A stretch of DNA of 64,000 nt, taken from the NCBI GenBank assembly GCA_964035545.1, contig OZ037768.1, forward strand, positions 15,731,875-15,795,874. Reading direction: 5' to 3'. Below the pieces are notes generated by a model, which saw nothing but the letters and a program-made list of their open reading frames with translations, had not been told where the DNA came from and ran no database searches. Origin of the DNA: Bugula neritina (taxonomy: Eukaryota > Animalia > Bryozoa). Shown one piece after another: positions 27,801 through 39,780 of the stretch (the first letter of the stretch is position 1; each line of letters starts with the position of its first letter). A program made the position numbers and the translations under genes.

Positions 27801-30784
27801 TGAACAAATTGGCTGCCCAGTGGGAGAAAAAGGAAAAATCAAGAGCAGCTGAATCCAAGGTCAAAGTTGACTCGCTTCATAAAAAGGTTTAATTATTTTC
27901 TAGTTTTTTTAATTGAAAATATGTTATAAAATTTGCAGTCAAACATTTATAAAACGTTTTGGATTTTTGCAAACATCATTTTTATGTTGGAGTGTTATCA
28001 AACTCGAACATTTTCCTGGCATAATTTTTAAAATATGTTGAAGTCACAAGCATTTTTTGGATCTTTTTTCTTCTAAACTCAGAAAAGAGGTTCACTGTGT
28101 GCCTATTTTAGTTTCTTTGCATTACTGTGTTGTTGTTTTGCTCGAGATACTTTGTGAACTACAGTAACGGCAGTACTTGATACTCAGCATGCACCTCTCA
28201 TATAAGCACTCATTCATTACCTGTCCACAGGTAAGAGAGTTAGAGGCTCGCCCTGCTGCCGCTGCTGTCGTCCCTGTCAGAGGCAAAGCTGATGTTGGTG
28301 ATGCCAAAACACAAAAGCAAGTGACTGCACTCACAGAACAACTTCAAGACCAAAAGAGGGAAAATAAAGAGCTGCAAGGGAGGATAACTCAGCTACAGGA
28401 TGACATAAAGAAGGCCAAGTCTGAGGGAGGAGTTGATGTGAGTTTAACGTCGATCTTCTGATCTCCTTCACCCCTATACATTGAGAGTGTGATGTACCCT
28501 TATACACATAAAGTGTGGTGTACCCCTATACACTGAGAGTATGGTGTACCCTTATACGCTGAGAGTATGATGTACTCTTATACACTAACAGTGTGATGTA
28601 TGCATTTACATTGTCTCATTTAGCTGATTTATTTTTGTAAACAAAAAAGCCTGAACTTAGCTGTTAAGGAGAAATATTACCAAGTGCTGTGCATAATAAG
28701 GCATCTGAGTGCTCATTTGCATTGCTGCTTTACAAGAGCATTTTATATAAGGTGAATTTTGCTATAAAAAGGGTTTTATCAAATGTAGAAGCTTACTTTT
28801 TTTCTTTATTTTTTAACATAATTTCCATTTAATTTCACATGCTTTTGCCACCTTCATAGTAATTTTTTTAGACTGACTTTATTTTTAAAAAGTTGCTTGC
28901 AACAACTTCTACCTTGTTATCACTAGTAGATTATACTCTTCTCAGAACCTCCTTTATAGGACCAAACAGGTAAACATCTCTAGTGGTGTAGGGGGATGGA
29001 ATTTGTGAAGGTCTCTATTGTTTTGGCTGTTGTGCAGAGCCTTGCATTGGCTCGGCTGTTTGGAAACCCAGCGGCATAAATAATTTTGCAGGCTGTACCA
29101 ACTGAAACACTCAATGTGCAATCCTGTCACCTGTCTGTCAGACTGAACAAGTTCATTCACTCTTCTAACCTGTTTAGGGGCTCTATAGGTCTACCTGGCC
29201 TCTCTTTATCATCAAAACCTGCCCAGCCTTCTTCAAACATGTTTGCCCACATATAGACATTTCTTCTGGCTCAAACTGGCTTCTGCATAGTCATTTGCGT
29301 TTCTGCTATACTCCTTTACATCCTTCAACAACTAAGAACTTGATAACGGATCTCTGTGCAGCTTTTGAAAATTTTTCTTGATTGGCCACTTTGGGTAGGC
29401 TCAAGAAGCTGATTACATGACCACATATTCTCAAAAAACGTTCATGAGTTGCCAGTACAAACTTCTTAAAACTTTAAAAGAATACTTAAGCTCCTATGTT
29501 TAATCAAACTTATGTTATAGCAAAATTCACTTTATATATTGAATGACCTTTGTACATTTTGACTTCAATTTATATCTATTCAATCTTCAATTTGCTAGTT
29601 ATTCTTTCATTTGTTGGATGTGCATTACTATTTGTTGTATTTGGGCTCTATTTGAAATTAGGAAATAGCCTGCAATATATCAAATATCTTACGGGCTGAA
29701 GATATTATAAGCTACTTTATTTTCAACAGGTGAAGGAACAGAAAAAACAAGAAAAGATAATGAAAGAGCTTTCTAAGAAGCTTGATATGGAAACTAAGAA
29801 AGCTGAGCGTGATGGTGCCAAAGTTAAAGAGTTAGAAACGGAACGTGCTGCCTTGGTTAAGGAAAGAGGTGAGACATTATTGATTGCACTCAACTTTGAG
29901 TATATAGTATGTCATTCTTTTGTATTAGAAAAACAATTTCAGCCAAGAATGGACATCTTGTCTTTAAAAAGGTCTGTAGTTATTGTCATTAGTATAAAAG
30001 TTTATAGTGTTTGTAAAATAATGTGTTTCTTTCTTTGAGGTTAATGATAATAATAACTCCCCAATTTGCATCTTTGTTCCTTACCGTTACAGTCATCAGC
30101 AGCTCATTCTTTATGCTTATTATCACTGGAAATTTAATTATAACAGTTTGGGCAGTTCATTTAAATTACTATTTTCCCAACCTATCACTGTGTATATATC
30201 TAATGTTGATATCTACCCTTACTGTTGTAGACTCTAAAGAGTTGGAGGTGAGAAAATTGAAAGCCGATATTGAACAGCTCGGAGTGACTGCTGCTCAAGC
30301 GTTAGAACTTGGTGAGAAGGTACAGACTCTGGAGGCAGAAGTCAAGACTTTGAATAAAGAATCTGTAAAACTCACAGAAGCCTATAATGCTGAAAGGGTA
30401 AGAGATATTCGTGAATTATTATCTAACAATTAAACTTTGGTCAGCATTATTTATTAAACCAATTACTTTATAAAATCTCACGTGATTATAAAATCCATGT
30501 TAGAAACCCCTGATGGAAAGGGTTTTTGTTAAAGCGGGCTAAGGACTTATTTAAATGAGGCACAGAAGCAATTATGACTGGATGCTCTTCCTAACATCAC
30601 CAATAGCCTTTGTCGGGCTTGAACCCATGACTTCTTGCTTACTAGGCAAACGCTCTAACCCCTAGACCACTGCTGCTCCTGAAACTAATTACTTTACATT
30701 AATAGCTTAATCTAAGCTAATGATGTGTTTACTTGGCCTCAGTCTGTTAAATGGTGCTATGCCATGTTTATGTATGGCGCATAC

Positions 30785-30831
<47 letters not shown>

Positions 30832-33800
30832 ACATATATATGTCACATATATATGTCACATATATATGTGACATATATATGTCATACATGTATCTCACTT
30901 TTGTATGCCATTTATGTATGTCACAATTCAATTTGCTTTAGGTTCAGAGAAAGAAGTATTTCAATATGGTGGAAGACATGAAAGGAAAGATCAGAGTGTA
31001 TTGTAGAGCAAGACCCATGAGCTCTAGTGAACTGCAACGAGTTTGTTTCTTGATTAGTTAATATATGTTGTCACTATGTAAGGTGTATGTTGAACTGTTT
31101 ACCTTGAGTTAGGCAATACATGTCATGCAATAATGTTTGTTTATGTAAACTGAAATTCGAATATTTGGTCTAAGTACGATAATTATTAAAGTTCTGTTGC
31201 TCGTAGGGAAACTTCTCCGTTCTCAAGTCACCGGATGAATATTCCCTAAATGTAGATACAACTCGTGGTCTCAAGGAGTTCAACTTCGACCGGGTTTTCA
31301 TGCCCGAAAATACTCAAGAACAGGTTTTTGAAGACACATATGTAAGTCGCTGTTGTCATTTTATACTGTTTTTGACAAGGGTACCATTGCCACCTCTGCA
31401 AGTGGTAGGCGCATAATATTATTGCTACAATACATAGTTATAGAATATACTAGTTATATGACATACTAATTTACCCAAAGTTCACACTGAGTACAACTAG
31501 TGTTGTTGAAATACGTGCAGATGTAAACTTAGTGTGTGCCTCTGTTAGTTACCTTGGCTAGTATGTATGCTGGATACACTTATTGGTATGCTGAGATTTG
31601 CAGCTGGTATTACATAACCTTGCAGCATCTAGTACAGTCAGCAGTTGATGGATATAATGTCTGTATCTTTGCCTATGGCCAAACTGGATCCGGCAAAACA
31701 TTCACCATGATCGGTGACCAAAGTAACAATCACCCTGGCATTGCCCCGAGAGCTTTTAAGAGAATCTTTGAAGTCATTGATGAAAATAAGTGAGTGCATT
31801 TCTTGAGGCTTTTCTATAATGTTTAACTGTTGACTATTTTTGCATGTTTTCTTGGAGGCATTTAATATCAGTTTTTATTTGGGATACTACCAACATTTAT
31901 CTTTGGCTCAGCTTGCTATGTATTGTTATACTCAGCTTGTGAACTGATGGAGTGTGTACATTGAACTTTGCATAAATAGAGATTGCATACAGTTGGCTGT
32001 GTATATCCCTATGAACCACTATTTTGAACACTATGTAATGATCTCAGCTCAACAACTATTCTGCCCCAAATAGTTTATATAAATGTAATATCACTGGAAG
32101 CTTACTATGTTATAAAATACAAGTACATTGTACAAGTTTATAGTTTACTGCTGCTGCTGTAGGTCATTATCAGTATTATCATTGATAATGTACAGTCACA
32201 GTTCAAAATAAATGTTTATGTTAGATCACTTTATAGTACAGCACTTCTAGTAAATTAATCTACAATATAACATGGCGACATGTTACATTGTAGGGAAAAG
32301 TTTGATTTTAAAGTCACTTCGTACATGGTGGAGCTTTACAATGACAAGCTGCTAGATTTGTATGCCGGAAAGGACAGTGTTGCTGATGTGAGTCTGTATT
32401 AAAATTTAAGTCAAGTAAACAGATTATATAAAATATATTGAAATGGAGAATTATAAATTTTGTATACATATATTGAATATATTTTCTGTCTTCTCTATTT
32501 TCAATTATCTGGCATGTGTATTTCTTGTTTCAAGTCTTGAGTGTAAATAATTCAAGTTATATTGTTCATTCTTTATTTCCTTTTTGTTGTGCATTTTAAT
32601 TAACAATTTATATTCTAATATTTAGCCTTCAACAAAATCTGTGGGTATATTACAGTATTTCTATGTCTACTGTAAAAGTAGTATTTGTTTAGTATAAATT
32701 GTTGACTTTAGACCAAAAATTATTTATTAAAATTCACTGGATTATTCAATATAATCTAGAAAATGTGGATCACCTGAAAGATGTAGGTTAAAGTGTATAG
32801 ACTTTATAGAGAAAAGCAGCTATAAATTTATAGATTGGAAAGTTGAGATTCTGAACTTTAGTGTATAGATTAGAGTTATTGGAATAGCTATAGAGTAGCA
32901 GGTTGTAGAACATGGAAAATATAACAAACCAAAACTTAGGTACTTATAAACTTTATGTTGATGACTATGAGACAAAGACTACTGCAGTAAGCACTTGGCA
33001 GAGTATAGACTTTGAAACTTAGATCATCGAGTATAGAATGGGAAATATAGACTGCAAGTAGACTTCATCTATAATGAAGTATTAGACAAATAAATATAAG
33101 CATGTGTTTCAACTTTCAGAATAAGTGTAGTGTACTATAAATTATAGATCATATTAGAAATAATCTGGCGTGAGCTATATGTATGACTTTCACTCTACTA
33201 GTAGCAGGCACTCAGTCTCAAACTATTTTGATATATCTATATTATTGACTTATGTGATAATTTTAATAACTGTATGAAAAGTTACTGAAAAATGTTCTGG
33301 TTTCTGACTCATTTTTTAAAATTCTAGATGTTTTATTGCTTAACACTTTAGCTGCTGCTAAGTTCTTTTTGAGTGTTAATTTGTCAGTTAGAATAAACTT
33401 GCCAAAAGGAAAAAAGGTTATTAATGCATCGCTTCAAATTGTAAATGAGTAAAATATGTTTGTATTGAAAAACTACTAGTTAGCATGTTACATATATTAC
33501 ACATTCTGCGTGCTAGTATGTTGATTACATGTGTGTGAGTGTAGGATTAGTGTTGATCACTGTAGTGTAATATAGTTTGTTCCATCTCTATGTCCAGCAT
33601 TGCGTACTAACTCTACAGATTGTGGTGTGATTATAAAATGAGTGTCACCTATTCTTGTCACACCCTGGGTGTCATTATAAATTATACTTTTTGGGTTTTT
33701 GCACAATACCAACTGAAAGGAATTATTTCTAATGTACTTATTTTAAAACATTGCCATTTCATTCCAGTACATTAAAATCTTCAACAGCAAGTCTGGGTAT

Positions 33801-36800
33801 AAACCAGCTGGTATAACATTTGTGAATACAAAACAATTTGTTTAGGAAAAGATGGAGATTAAGAAAGACAAGAATGGGCTGGTGTTTGTCAGAGGATCTC
33901 AAGTAAAAGAGGCTTCATCGGAAGAAGCGCTGTTCAAATTATTTGAAGTGGGCTCTTCCAACCGTCACACTGCCTCTACCAGTATGCAATATATTATACT
34001 ACTGCTGCCATGACACATAAAACTATTGTATAAAAATTATTCTAAGTTTTATTTAAAATTTGGAAATTTAAAACACAGCGGCTTGACTTACTAGGCGCAA
34101 ATTTTCTTTGCAATATTTTTTTAGAACTGGAAGTTAGAAAAACACTGTTTTTTACTTATACACATTTATGCACCAGGTGCATACAAATATATTGATAATT
34201 CGTTTGCGCTATAATTATCTGCAGTGTTCGGTTTTGCCAACTTAGTTCCTGCATATTCACTTGTAACTGCTGCCTATACTCATACTGACCTGAGTTGCTC
34301 ATAACTCATTATTTTATTATTTAGAGATGAATGCTGAAAGTTCAAGATCTCACCTCGTCTTGAGTGTCATTATAGAAGCTACAAACAGGACCAATGGCCA
34401 AGTCAACAGAGGAAAAGTAAATCTATAGTAGTTCATGTTATTCTATGATGATTATGTAATTCTATGAAATTTCTAAATCACTCGCTAAATTGTTGCAAGG
34501 GCCAAGTGGACTACTTTGTTCAGCTACTAGTTCAGCTCTGTTCTGAAATGAACTGTTCAACTCTGCAGGCTGGACTGCTTTGAGACTAAATATAAGTTTC
34601 CTTCACTAATCTTATCTCTAAATGTATGATGCTACTGTCAGTGCTGATTTAGAGTTCTAGCAATTGGGGAACATGAATTTTTCTGTCCAATTTATTATAT
34701 CTGCCAGGATTATCTTACTGTTTCCTATATAAAATTATACGGTAAACTAATACCTTATATATAGGGGTAACGGGGGCACAACCGTCATAGGGGTACAAGA
34801 AGCCAGCCAAATTGTGAGAGAACTCATTGACTTTGAGTTGTGATTTTTTTTAATAAAAAGGTATTGACATAATTATTCAGCCATTGTAGTTTCAACACTT
34901 GCGGAACATACGTGTTGAAGAGGCGAGTAAAAAACTGTTTGTACCTACTTTTTGTAAATTTTTCAAGATGTCTTTAAAGCTTTATAACTTTTTACGTTCA
35001 AAAGCAACAAGCCTAGATTTTACTGATATTGTTGCCATTGCTTGTCTCTACATTGCTTAACTAGTATAACAGCAAACTTTAAAATAAACTTTCCTTGAGC
35101 CACATTTATTTTCAATTTGGCCACATGGGGCACAATGGGCCACGCTGACCGGGGCACAATGGGTCAGCTGATTATTGCACCCTGATCACTGTTATTAGTT
35201 TGTTTGGCCAAAAAGTTGGTTGAAATGTTACTAAAATCTATAGATATTTTCTATAGACATTTCAGACCTTTTTGTAAAATATCAAAGACATCATGGTAAG
35301 ACTACAAAACTACAAGGTGAAGCTGCCCTAACATATACATCTGGTGAGGTTATAGCTTTGCCATTTTATACATAATACAAAACACTCTGCTGTTGCTACT
35401 AGTAGATAGTCATGATATTCATTATATATCATATCATTGAGGGGATATACATGTATTTGACTAAAATAAATTGCGATTTGCTCATTTCCCGCCCCCCTCT
35501 CCCTTCCGTACTCCAGCCACAAACCGAAGCCATGCACCTTAGCTACAGTTCATAGAAAAAAGTCCACTTGGAATTGTGTAGTATATATTACTAAATTTTC
35601 TTCTGATAAAAGTTCCTATGAAGGGAAAATAAATGAACATTTTTAGTTCTAAACAGTAATGATAATGCCACTGTAGAACTGAGTGATGTGCGTTTGATTT
35701 TGCATTCCCCTGCTATCCGTGGTGGTGGCACAAACTGTACAGCTAAAACATAAATTTTGCTGTAGATCTGAAAAAATAATTTTATTTATTTGTAATATTA
35801 AATAAATGAAGAACAGATGCATCAAAATCAGCAAAGTTTCAATATATTTGTTGTGTCCCACCCAGTGGCCCATTGTACCGCGGTACCGGGGCACAATGGG
35901 CCAATTTTTTCATCATGAAAATTTCATTTTTCTGAAAGTTGCGAGAGAGATAGAAACAACAAACTGATACCTGTAATAGACAACAGATGCAGCATTAAGA
36001 CTAGAGATTATTGAACTAGTAACTTGAAAAACAGACGAATGAGAGCAAAAAATTCAAAATTCAGTCTGTTGTGCCCCCCCCCCCCTCCCCGTTACCCCTA
36101 ATGGTATAATATACATTTCGGTTTTTATTTTTAATGTAAATAAGCCTATTCTAGTTAATAGATTTACCAATAATTAATGCCATGCTACCAACACAATTTT
36201 AATCACTGTGACTAGAGTAAGGTATAGCTCACAGTGTCTGTTGGTAGATTATATAGAGCCATAGAACTAAAATCAAAATTTATCTAATATTGTATACACT
36301 TATAATATCCAAAGGGTCAAGTTAATGCCACTCTGTATTTACAGTTGAGTCTAGTAGATTTAGCTGGCTCAGAGCGAGTTGGAAAGACCGGCGCTACGGC
36401 TGAGACATTAAAAGAAGCCAACTCTATTAACAAGTCTCTAGCAGCTCTTGGTGATGTCATATCCGCTTTGTCAAGCGAGCAGCAGTTTATTCCATATCGG
36501 TTTGTACCTTCTGTGGATCGTACATGTATATACTGGTATATGTTTGGAAATATATGGACACTTGTCTGGCTGGTTTATATAGGCCTGGTTGTATGAATGG
36601 TTGGGACATAAAAATGAAGACCCTTGCTTAGATCTGCGTTCATCCCCTTGTGTATACAGATTATAGTAAATTATTTTACCTTATTATTTAGTAACTATTT
36701 GACAATGAATTGATGGTTTTCTCTTTTAGAAATAACAAACTAACACTGTTGATGCAGGATTCTCTGGGAGGAAATGCAAAGACCCTCATGTTTGTTAATA

Positions 36801-37361
36801 TTTCCCCTGCAGACTACAACGCTGATGAAACTGTAACATCATTAACGTACGGGTTTTCTACATTATTTTTTAGAAAATATTATTATATGTCAATTTTTTA
36901 ATTAGTAAGATCAGGGAGCAACCGTGGTCTAGGGATTAGAGCATTTGCCTAGTAAGCACGAGGTCATGGGTTCGAGCCCGGACAAAGGCTATTGGTGATG
37001 TTAGGAAGAGCATCCAGTCATAATTGCTTCTGTGCCTTATTTAAATAAGTCCTTAGCCCGCTTTAACAAAAACCTTTTCCATCAGGGGTTTCCCACAGGG
37101 ATAGTGACTATAAGCTTGCGTGAGTTTTTTTTAATTAGTGAGATCCTGAAACAATAATTTAATAGTATATTTAAAACTCCTATTACTAGTCTATACCAAC
37201 GGATTCTCTTCTATCTCACTTTATCTTACAGATACGCTTCCAGAGTGAAACTGATAACCAACGATGCCCAAAAGAACTCAGATAATAAGGAGATTGCCAG
37301 GTTGAAGGCTCTTGTGGCCAAGATGAAGGCAGGGGAAGCAGTTGATGAAGATGCTGATTAA
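15873..37361 (+). CDS. C-terminal-motor kinesin-14, KCBP/kinesin-C-like, with long coiled-coil stalk and C-terminal calmodulin-binding-type helix (~1513 aa, 32 core exons)
   Basis: Phase-consistent exons: 15873-16008, 16212-16315, 16527-16665, 17458-17607, 17961-18157, 18340-18447, 18894-19071, 19399-19620, 20044-20225, 21027-21167, 22161-22291, 22627-22810, 23065-23223, 24296-24421, 24873-25025, 25461-25583, 25895-25999, 26104-26208, 26311-26448, 27761-27886, 28231-28437, 29730-29868, 30231-30397, 30942-31040 (neck [20 protein letters not shown]), 31207-31341, 31626-31789 (P-loop GQTGSGKT), 32294-32387, 33846-33981, 34325-34416 (switch I SSRSH), 36345-36499 (switch II DLAGSE), 36730-36846, 37232-37361. 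Start codon and the first exons are less certain than the motor exons. Confidence 0.92.
24532..24861. repeat. 55-bp minisatellite, 6 copies, with 3+3 higher-order structure
   Basis: Unit GAAAGGTATATATTTAGGTGTATATTTAAGTACATAGATATAGCACGGTTCTATT; variant pattern of units 1-3 recurs in units 4-6. Confidence 0.95.
28470..28605. repeat. Degenerate ~26-bp minisatellite, ~5 copies
   Basis: TACCCCTATACACTGAGAGTATGGTG-like units. Confidence 0.75.
29040..29340 (-). mobile_element. Decayed mariner transposase fragment (HTH region to WVP motif)
   Basis: Frameshifted minus-strand peptides [50 protein letters not shown] and LCRWVSKQ follow the mariner order W..F..G...D.ER.GRP / SDRR.T / .S.G...I / WVP. 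Confidence 0.75.
30471..30681 (-). mobile_element. tRNA-derived SINE, copy 1
   Basis: Reverse complement of 36913-37125 with A/B boxes; flanked by a ~15-bp direct repeat AAAC(C/T)AATTACTTTA (30456-70, 30682-96). Confidence 0.85.
30780..30890. repeat. (TA)n microsatellite with GTCACATATATAT units
   Basis: Directly visible. Confidence 0.9.
34764..36098. mobile_element. Non-autonomous DNA transposon, Tc1/mariner-pogo-type (TA target)
   Basis: TIRs GGGGTAACGGGG.. / ..CCCCGTTACCCC, TA on both sides; internal GGGGCACAATGGG repeats (~35127, 35151, 35888) echo the TIR; no transposase ORF seen. Confidence 0.75.
36913..37125 (+). mobile_element. tRNA-derived SINE, copy 2
   Basis: A box TGGTCTAGGG, B box GGTTCGAGCCC, anticodon-like loop CTAGTAA (AGT), tRNA-unrelated body, T-rich tail; direct repeat TTAATTAGT(A/G)AGATC on both sides. 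Confidence 0.88.
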
Positions 37362-38144
37362 TTCTTGACGTTGGTAACTCTGAGAAGCCATCTTTTGGAA
37401 CTTGATGACCATTTAACAAGCTGTGAGGTTTAATTTCTCAAGACTTATTCAATTGATCTGACATAAAATATGGTGTGCAGTGAAAAGGGGGTCAAGATAT
37501 TATGAGAAGACAAAGCTGGTAATGCCACACTACTAAGATGTAAACGATTCTTCAATTGTAGCACTCTCTCTCTAGGTAAATAAGAGCATTGTAAATCTTC
37601 TTTGATTGTGCCTGTTAACCTAAGTTCAATAAATCTATTTTTTCCAATGAAAGTCAATTTTTAAGTAAATGTGCATTTTGGCAATTTATTTTGAGTATTT
37701 TTCATAATTTTTAAGTGTGCATAACAATCCGTCCAATTCGTATTCTGAAGCATTTTTATAAAAACATGATCCGTTTGTTGATCTTCAAAGTTGATTATTT
37801 TTGTATCATGTTTTAAGTAAATTATATTTCTTCTGTTTGCATAAACATGCAGTTCATATTTTTCCATTTTTTTGTAAATTATATGATAATTATCTTCGTA
37901 TATCTTGAATGTATAATATATGGGTTTTATGATATTTCAACATCTACTAATAATTTTGTTCTTTATTGCATCAAGAGTATTTAGAAAGTATAAATCAGTT
38001 CAAAAATGTATCAAGTCTAAATTTTTTATTTGTCTGTAATTATATATGGTTGAAAATTAATCCTTGATTTTTATTATATTGCAATTGTTGTAGTTTTTGA
38101 AGATATTAAATGGAAGTAGAATATTATATTGAATAATGTCTTTT

Positions 38145-38320
38145 GGGAGCAGCCATTGTCTAGCTTAGTAATTTCAGAGTCAGTAGCTCAAATCTCAGTA
38201 AAGACCATTGGTGATGTTAGGCATTCAGTTAGGCATTCAGTCATAATTGCTCCTTTGCCCGCTTTATAAAAATCCTTTCCATCAGGGATTCTCACTATAA
38301 TGTGAGTTTCTGTGAGTTTC
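38145..38320 (+). mobile_element. Older degenerate copy of the same SINE
   Basis: Retains GGAGCA start, ATTGGTGATGTTAGG, CAGTCATAATTGCT, GCCCGCTTT and TTTCCATCAGGG blocks with deletions. Confidence 0.7.
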
Positions 38321-39279
38321 TACTTTGAACAATTTATGCTTGTGAGTAATTATGTAATGCAATATATTTTACTGTTTATATATATTAAAAGTTAATTTTC
38401 ATGATTTCATAAAACATCGCATTTTGTTACATTGGGAATTGTTGTTCTTATCTGTTTTTATCAACTCACTAATCTTTTTTCCGGCCTAGAGATTGGTGTA
38501 ATAATGTTTTATTTGGCTGTGATGTTAGTTCCAAATTTTATTTTAATCTGAAGGAAAAAAATCTAATTAAGGCGTTAGTCTGGTGATGCTCTAAAGGACT
38601 GACTCCTGAGTTGAGCACTTTCTCCTAATCATGCATTCGCATAAAGCAGCATTTTAAATAATTTTAATTTTAAAGATTTGTTCGAAACTAGTTTTGGCCA
38701 TATGGTAGGTTTCGTATTAGTTCCATTAATTAGCACAATTTATGTCTAGATTCTAGACTATGAATATTCCTACTAGTTCCTTCACTAGATGCATGGGGGT
38801 GTGTTGTTGCTTAGTATATGGATTTAAAATTTTTAATCTAAAGGTCAGTTTGGCACCCGATTGTTTTATTTCCGGTAAATTATGCTACAAACATGCAACT
38901 TATTTGTGGTACCTTGTTTCTGCATGGCTCAGTAAATATCTTCCATGAGTACAAATATTAGTTTTCAATGGTGATACATGTATGTTTAAATCATTAGCTA
39001 TTTACTTTATGCCATTACCATCAATAGCTCAGATATACTTGTACAAATTAAAATGTATTATCATACTCAAGCCTGTACCAGGTTTTTGTTCAACTTTCTT
39101 AATAGTAGGTAGTGCAAAATTCCCTATAGGGCCTAGTATTTTTATAGGACATTTCACCACCAATTTGAAAAGTCCAATCATCTAGATACACTATTGATTA
39201 ATTGACTGGTTGATAAGTGATACTCATGTTTTATAGATCAAACCGTTGGTTACTCAATCAAAAGTTGAGAACTGACCAT

Positions 39280-39780
39280 TATAATTACCTGGGCGCGTGA
39301 TGTCATTGATAATCATAGTTCAATTTAAATGCCGTCACTACTAATATTGGTAGCAGCCTACAACGCTATATCTTGGTTTAAGAGTTGCATTTTCTTGTAT
39401 GTAAGCGTGTACGTCAACTACTCAATTTCTGCGGAGTTCGACTCTCCTGGTTACCCATGACTCTTCCCAAGTTGTTTTCACTTCTATTCTGCGTTATCAA
39501 TGATCGCTCGTGGCACCAAGTGGTGAGAGCCAACAGGTGCGGTACGTGACCTATGAACTTTGCAGGAAGCCTAGCGGCATGTGCGTTACTACCTCTAGCT
39601 TGTTGAAATGGCTCATTGCTCGCAGCCACAGGCAGCACTGAAGTTAAACCTTGCCGTATTGCAAACCCTGCGTTATAAAAAGCAGTGTGCAATTTTGAGC
39701 TTTTCACACACTCTTTCACAATTGATGCACAGAAACCAAGCTCTCAGTTTTTGTCAAGTGTAGGGCCCAGGGGTAAGTCA
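39280..39780 (+). promoter_or_regulatory. Probable promoter and non-coding first exon of the CHSY gene
   Basis: CpG-enriched island with ACGTCA/ACGTGA motifs, ending in a strong donor GG|GTAAGT at 39773; the first coding exon has an acceptor at 42032. Confidence 0.45.

Noticed and set aside
30720-30981. ORFs with IYIYIY runs
   Set aside because: Translation of a (TA)n microsatellite.
36913-36990. Functional tRNA-Thr gene
   Set aside because: No proper acceptor stem; continues into a shared non-tRNA body with TSDs, so it is a SINE head.
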